In this document: one piece after another, positions 57,710 to 64,000 of the stretch | Position numbering within the stretch: the first letter of the stretch is position 1 | How the letters are laid out: each line of letters opens with the position of its first letter | DNA from: the human T2T-CHM13v2.0 reference genome, Homo sapiens | Direction: 5' to 3' (one strand) | Length of the DNA: 64,000 nt | NCBI RefSeq assembly: GCF_009914755.1 | Contig: NC_060932.1 | Position numbers and translations under genes: made by a program | Notes under the pieces: generated by a model | What the model was told of the DNA's origin: nothing | Database searches by the model: none | What the model saw: the letters and a program-made list of their open reading frames with translations, nothing else

Positions 57710-58034
57710 TTTTGTTTTGTTTTGTTTTGTTTTGTTTTGTATTGTTTTGTTTGAGACAGAGTCTAGCCCTGTCACCCTGGCTGGGGTACAGTAGCACGAT
57801 CTTGGCTCACTGCAACCTCCACCTCCTGGGTTGAAGCAATTCTCCTGCCTCAGCCTCCCAAGTAGCTGGGATTATGGGCATGCACCATCACACCTGGCTA
57901 ATTTGTGTATTTTTAGTAGAGACGGGATTTCACTATGTTGGCCAGTCTGCTCTCAAACTCCTGGCCTCAAGTGAGTCATCCACTTCGGCCTCCCAAAGTG
58001 CTGGGATTGTAGGAGTGAGCCACCACGCCCGACC
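57710..58034 (-). mobile_element. AluS(z)/Jb-like with (TTTTG)n tail
   Basis: Antisense dimer; flanking cagatcct repeat at 57696-57703 and 58037-58044. Confidence 0.93.
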
Positions 58035-59763
58035 ACCAGATCCTGATCTATGGATTTATCTGTCAGTCTGATAGTAAAAGGAGAGCAAAATATGCATCAT
58101 TAGGACCTAATACTTAATTGGATTTGGATCACTATCATTTCATATAGAACAAGTTTGTTTCTCCTCTAATTCTATTTTGAAAATTGAAATACAAAATAAT
58201 GCTTCGTCAGACTGATAACAATAGGGATAACTTGATAACATTTTTGTCTATATTGTTAAAATATACGTAGAATATAAAATTACATCTTTTTCGCAAGGCT
58301 TTTAGAGAACTGCTTCATGGTTATCTTTGCCAACTATTAAGATACATAGTTGAAAAATTAAGACTCCACGATGAATCAAAATATAAATATTAAAGATTAA
58401 TGTATTAGAATTTGTTATACTTGATTTAGTTATAGTTTATACTCTGTTTTAATATTTGAAGTAGTTTTTTTTCAGACTTCTTTTTAAATCCATCATGGTT
58501 GATTTTTCCATTAAACAGTATATTTTATAGTAGTTTTAACAGTTGTAATATAATTGATATTTTAATAAATGGGTCAGCATTCATTTTATGCATAGTTTTC
58601 AGTACGGCTTTGCAGTTAACAATGGATCAGTGTTTTATGTGCTATCATTGTTGTCATGAGGCAGGTGAAATGGGTTTTCCAGATTCCTGAAAGTTTTGAA
58701 ATCACCAGATTATGTGGAACTCCTCAAGTGAATACTTGTTAAGGCCAATTTGGGAAATTTGTGATAGCATGCATCATGTGGAAAAGTCCCAGAATGGGCT
58801 GAGATCTCTTTGGCAGGATCATATCTAGGTGAAAATTCAGTTCAAAAATTACCTTGAGACCCTTGTATTGTGCTCTGTGTTGTGGTTTCATGATGTTTGA
58901 TATACAGAACATGGACTGGAGAACGATAAAAGTGAATGCCGGTTCACGGTGACTCATCGGGAAACACAGTCTTGCTGAGACATACTTATTTCCTCCCCAG
59001 TTTATTTCCAGCCATGTAAATTTATCCACGGAGTTTTACAGATAAATAATTTGGATGCCAAACAGCCAAAAACTGTGACTATTTTGAGCCTTCTATTTAA
59101 CATGTACACTAAAAATACTTTGTTAGAATTATAGCACTTGTCTCCGTGCTTCTGTGGTTCTCAGAGCAAGGGATGTCATGCTTTAGTTGCTCTGCATTTG
59201 AATTTATTCACGATTCCTCTTTTACAGTCTTTCTGGAGACAATGTATGGTGCATCATTAGCATTATTATTATTTCAGTTACAGTGAGACTACATATCCAC
59301 ACTTAGGGGGTTGGGTAGATTTCATTATTCATTCAGAATAAGTTCTTACTCTAATATAAATGTTGCTCAGGACAGAGCTTTGAAATGGATCCTGATTCTT
59401 TAAATTCTTTCCTGTCTGTTTCAGGAAATAGTGAGATCCTGTTGATAGTAAAGTACAATGTGTCTAAAGTTCACTTCTAAACACTCTGCTCTTTGCAATG
59501 AAAGTCATCTGCATTCTCTTTATAATTCAGAGCCACAAGAGATCTGTCTAATCTTGGAGATCTGATTCAGTATCATTTAGGAAAAAAAAAATCCTTGATA
59601 ATATTTCTACCATTCAGATTAGTGAAAGCAGTAAAGCTTTACAGCTTCTGTCGTCTTAAAAAGATATCATGAGACAGGGGAATAAGGACTTGGATTATGG
59701 TTTGGGAGATTTAGTTGTTTGTAAAAATAAAATGATTAGTACAGTTATTATTCAAGTTTTTAA

Positions 59764-59958
<195 letters not shown>

Positions 59959-61425
59959 TAAAACCTGAGCATTGCAAAACAGCACCAGAAGAGCTGGAAT
60001 GGAAGTACAAAGTATAAATTGATCCTCTTCCTTTTTTCCCATTTGAGTTCCTCTAATGTGTATTTTCAGTAAAGCCACCTGTTTTTCTTTTTTTTCTGTA
60101 CAACATGAAACAAAAAGTGACATACCATTAATTTACTTAGTGCCTTATACATTTACCTAACCCTGTATTTGAGTGGCTTGACTAATATCTTTCTCTTGCT
60201 GTTAGTATCATTGATAGCCAGGTTTGACGAAACTCCAATTTCTCCTTTTAGACATTATCTATCAAAAAGTAAAATCCTTCTAAATTTAACAATTTGTGTC
60301 AAGGTGCATGGTCCAAGAGGCTCTACATTCTAGCCAGTTTCCTGAAGTCATGCATGATGAGAGGATAGCTGGAAATGAAACCTTTGCAAAGACAGAATTC
60401 TTCCCCATGGTGATTTCTGAAGGGCAGGAGGCAAACTCTAAAGAGGAAGCTGATGACTTGCAGGGCATTGCCTTTGATTTGCTCAGTGTGACATCAACCC
60501 AGACTGTGTCATGTAGCTGCACCCTGGCTACAAAGGAGCAGCAGCTCCATGATGGCACATTGTGGGGCTGGGGCTGACTGTCCATAGCACAGGACCTTCC
60601 TCACGTGTGGTGTAGTTTTGGGGCACTTTTCTCCACATTCAAGTCTTGGTCCTAGCTCTGTACTCTTACAGTATAATCCCTAATCTCACTTTTTCATAAA
60701 TATTACAAAACCTTGTGCTTCTCATGTTTAATTTCTCTTGGCTTTCTTTTTAAACCAAATAGACCTACTGAGATCAAAGATGTATTTGCACATTGAACCT
60801 AGAAACCATAAAAGCATACAAGGGAACAAGCAAATAAGCACCCCATCAATATATTAACATATAAAACACTAATCATAACATCAAAGACTCTTAAAAACTT
60901 GCTAGAAACAATTACAACTTGTTCTATAATCATTACAATTTGTACACTTATAAGAGGATTGTCTCTTAACTACCATAAGCCTTTGAAAGTTGAAACACCA
61001 GAAAGAGGGAATTTGCAAGCTAAAAAAAAAAAAACAATCTGCACACCAGGATCTGATTATACTTTTTTCCTTCTATAATTACTGGTCCCATACCCACTAA
61101 TTTTCTAACCCGGAATACCTGTGGTATGCTGGTGGGAGCTTTCAGCTAAAAGGGATGTGAGATTTTCTCAGGATATGCCAATATAATCTATCAAAGTGAA
61201 AAGAAATGGTATAGGGAATCAGTTTACCAATGCCGACATTCAGAATACAAAAGATACCTTGGAATGTAGGACCACTTGTTGGGGACAAATTTCTGTTGTA
61301 CAATATTTTATCTTCATTGTATCAATATAGTATGGGGGAAACATGGCAATACCTGGTCCCCATTTATGATTCAAATTCATTGCATTTTTAAATCAGCTAT
61401 TCTTTTAGTAGAGATAATTGTTATA

Positions 61426-61775
61426 TATTTTGAGTATCCCTTATCCAAATTGCTTGGGACCAGAGTGTTTCAGATTTCAGATTTTTTTTCAGATTGGAAT
61501 ATTTGCATGTACATAATGAGATATCTTGGAAATGAGACCCAAGTCTAAATGTGAAAGTCATTTATGTTTCATAAACACAAATTATACATAACCTAATGGT
61601 AATTCTATACAATATTTTTATAATTTTGTGCATGAAACTAAGTTTTGACTGCCACCCATTGCATGAGGTCAGTTGTGGAATATTTCACTTGCGGCATCAT
61701 GTTGTTGATCAAAAGGTTTTGGATTTTGGAACCATCTGAAAGATTTTGGATTTTCTGATTAGGGATGTGAACCTG
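61426..61775. mobile_element. Tigger4b/MER46-type (TcMar-Tigger) non-autonomous transposon
   Basis: ttgagtatcccttatccaaa...gattagggatgtgaacctg termini followed by TA; body follows Tigger4b. Confidence 0.88.
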
Positions 61776-62419
61776 TATAACAGAATTGGAATTCTATGTT
61801 TAGTGGAGTATGCTAACTTGAGCAAACTTATGTGTTTATGGTTGGCTATACCTTATATCTTTTTGCAATAAACAACTTAGAGTAATTAATAGAAGCTTAT
61901 TAATTCATTAATTAACTGGTAAAGCATGCATTGAGTCCAACTATGTGCTAACCTTGTACATTGATGATAATAGCCACCATTTATTGGGCACACCTTGAAT
62001 TCTCTTCTTGATGCTCCCATGCCAAATTGTATGTGCTTCTCTCATTATTCTCTATTACCTTGTTTCATGATCATGAATATACAGTTTATGTGTCCAAAAA
62101 GGAGTAAGTAAAAAAGTTTAGCTGTGATGGCTTGCCTCTTTAATCTACTCTATATTTACTGAGGGCACAGATTGTGTCTTAGTCACCTTTCTATTCCTGG
62201 TCTGGCATGCTACCTGTACAAGAAAAGCACTAAGTAAATATAGATTGGTTGACCAGATGAACAAATGATGAATGGTTGCCAGACACTGAAATAGACATTT
62301 CACATACTGTGATGATGAACTGTATGAATTGCTGCTATTCAATAATGTTTTAACCTGTAAAGGGTAATTTGGCATCGTTCAACTTACAAGAACAATTGGT
62401 TTTGCAGTTCAAATGCCAG

Positions 62420-62820
62420 AACTGTAATAACTACTGCGTATGCTTTTTAAAGCTTAATACTTATTTAATAGCTCCTATGAGATAATCAACATACTACCCC
62501 ATTTTACAAAGGTAGATAAAAGACTTAAGTAGGGTAAATAATTTGCCATGGTCACATGGCTAATAAGTGATTGAGTGGGATCAAGCATACATTTGTCCAA
62601 CTTAGGGTTGGAGTGATACATACTAGAATATGTTCTGTCTGCATTAAGCTTCAAAACAACTCAATGAAATAGATAGTATTTTCTCATTTTACACCTATGA
62701 CTTAGAGAGGTGGCATGATTGCCTGTGATCATAGAGAGCTAACAATAGAGCTAAATTCAATCTACGTCTTGACAGCTCCAAATTTTGTGCTCCTTGAACT
62801 ACATGACTCTGCCTTTCCCT
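62420..62820 (-). mobile_element. Two tandem MIR relics
   Basis: cccattttacaaa...aaataatttgccatggtcaca; cattttacac...ttgcctgtgatcata. Confidence 0.7.
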
Positions 62821-63539
62821 TTGCCACTGTTAAATGATGAGTAACAATCAAAACCACTCGGGCTTTTATCCCTAGAAATCACAAAATATATATATTAAAG
62901 TGTGGCATTTCCCAAAATGTATTTCATGGAACCCTAAGATTAAAGAAAAAGCCCCATGACCAAATATCATTTATCGTAGCCCTCTTGAAAACTCACAATG
63001 GATGCTGCTATTAATGATCTAGAATTATGCAGTAAAAAACAAAAGCAAAAAACCCTGATCATTTGCATTTCAACATATATTTTTATTTCTCTACTTTGCT
63101 CCAGACTCTTCTTTGATCTTCTACCTGGGGTTCAGAGGCCTGGAACTAATTTCTAGTATTTAGAGTGCCTTTAGAGGGAGGAGACAGCTCACCCAGAGCA
63201 TGTCCCAAAGTTGTGTCAATACCTTAATATTCTGGGATTTTACTAGGGATTGTTTGGATCATGGAAAATATGATCCCGGGAGGCACTCCTACTCGTATCC
63301 AAACACACTGGACTCAGGAGTCGTCTGTCTCCACAATCTGTATGTATGATAAGACTCCTCAAAGCAAAAGCGTTTTGAAGATGGAAGGGTTAACAAGTGT
63401 TAACTTGAAACTCCACAATGTTTGTGGCATTTTCGTAATGCCTATATTATTTATTAATTGGGCCTCTTTTGTTTTCAAGTGGTGGAATTCTAACTGAAAT
63501 TAGCTTCTGCCAAAAAATTGTGTGTGTGTGTGTGTTTTG

Positions 63540-63975
63540 GGGTAGATGGGTTCATCTGCTCATATAACTGAGAGTCCAGGGATATTCTGGATGTCAGGAA
63601 CTGCTTGATTCAGTTGCTCAAACTTTGTCCCCAAACTCTCTCTCTCTATCGTCTGGCTCTTCTTTCTTGTGTGGGCATCATTCTCAGATAAGTAGTGGCA
63701 AGCTCCAGACTTATTCCACCAGCATAGCAACTTCGGTGAAAAGAGAGCTTTTCTGGGTTTTGTGATTAGAGCACATCACATACCATTCCCTGAACCAATT
63801 AATCACTATGACTCTCCTAGGCAGGCCATAGTCAGCCTGGGGCCTAAAAGTAAAATTAACCCTGCATGAGCCACTGAAATGGAGGAGAGGTAGTTCCCTA
63901 AATAAAACCAAGGATATGCTGCCACAAAAGAGTGGTTGCTTGTTGGGCCAACATCCATGCTCCCAGGTATCACAT
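63540..63975 (-). mobile_element. Old MLT1-like LTR relic
   Basis: ctcatataactgagagtccagg...gggcatcattctcagata...ccctgaaccaat..tcactatg...ggatatgctg. Confidence 0.55.
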
Positions 63976-64000
63976 ATTATTTCCTAAAGTCTAAAAAGCT

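Noticed and set aside
60286-60585. Paired 93/99-aa ORFs just after the exon
   Set aside because: No match to recalled FOG2 sequence, no convincing flanking splice sites; likely GC-richer non-coding DNA.

Overview
AT-rich primate (most likely human) genomic DNA lying inside ZFPM2 (FOG2, Friend of GATA 2), which is on the + strand. Only one protein-coding exon is present: 59809-59920 (112 nt, [38 protein letters not shown]), recalled as exon 5 in the N-terminal PR/SET-like region. Everything upstream is the long preceding intron and everything downstream is the start of the next intron. The introns hold about 9 Alus, two L1 3' ends, a sense-oriented ERV1 solo LTR, MLT1 LTRs, MER20/MER81/Tigger4b DNA transposons, many L2/MIR relics and microsatellites. 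The ORF track is otherwise noise or repeat-derived. The most unusual structures are (1) a 5'-truncated L1PA5/6 whose 5' end contains a ~380-bp templated copy of its own flank plus its own 3' end, all inside one TSD pair, and (2) a nearby ~180-bp-arm inverted duplication that does not resemble a repeat family I recognise. Several candidate splicing and enhancer signals are also listed. I found no evidence of a new gene or multi-gene system. Repeat subfamily calls and gene identity come from recall of consensus sequences, not from a database search.
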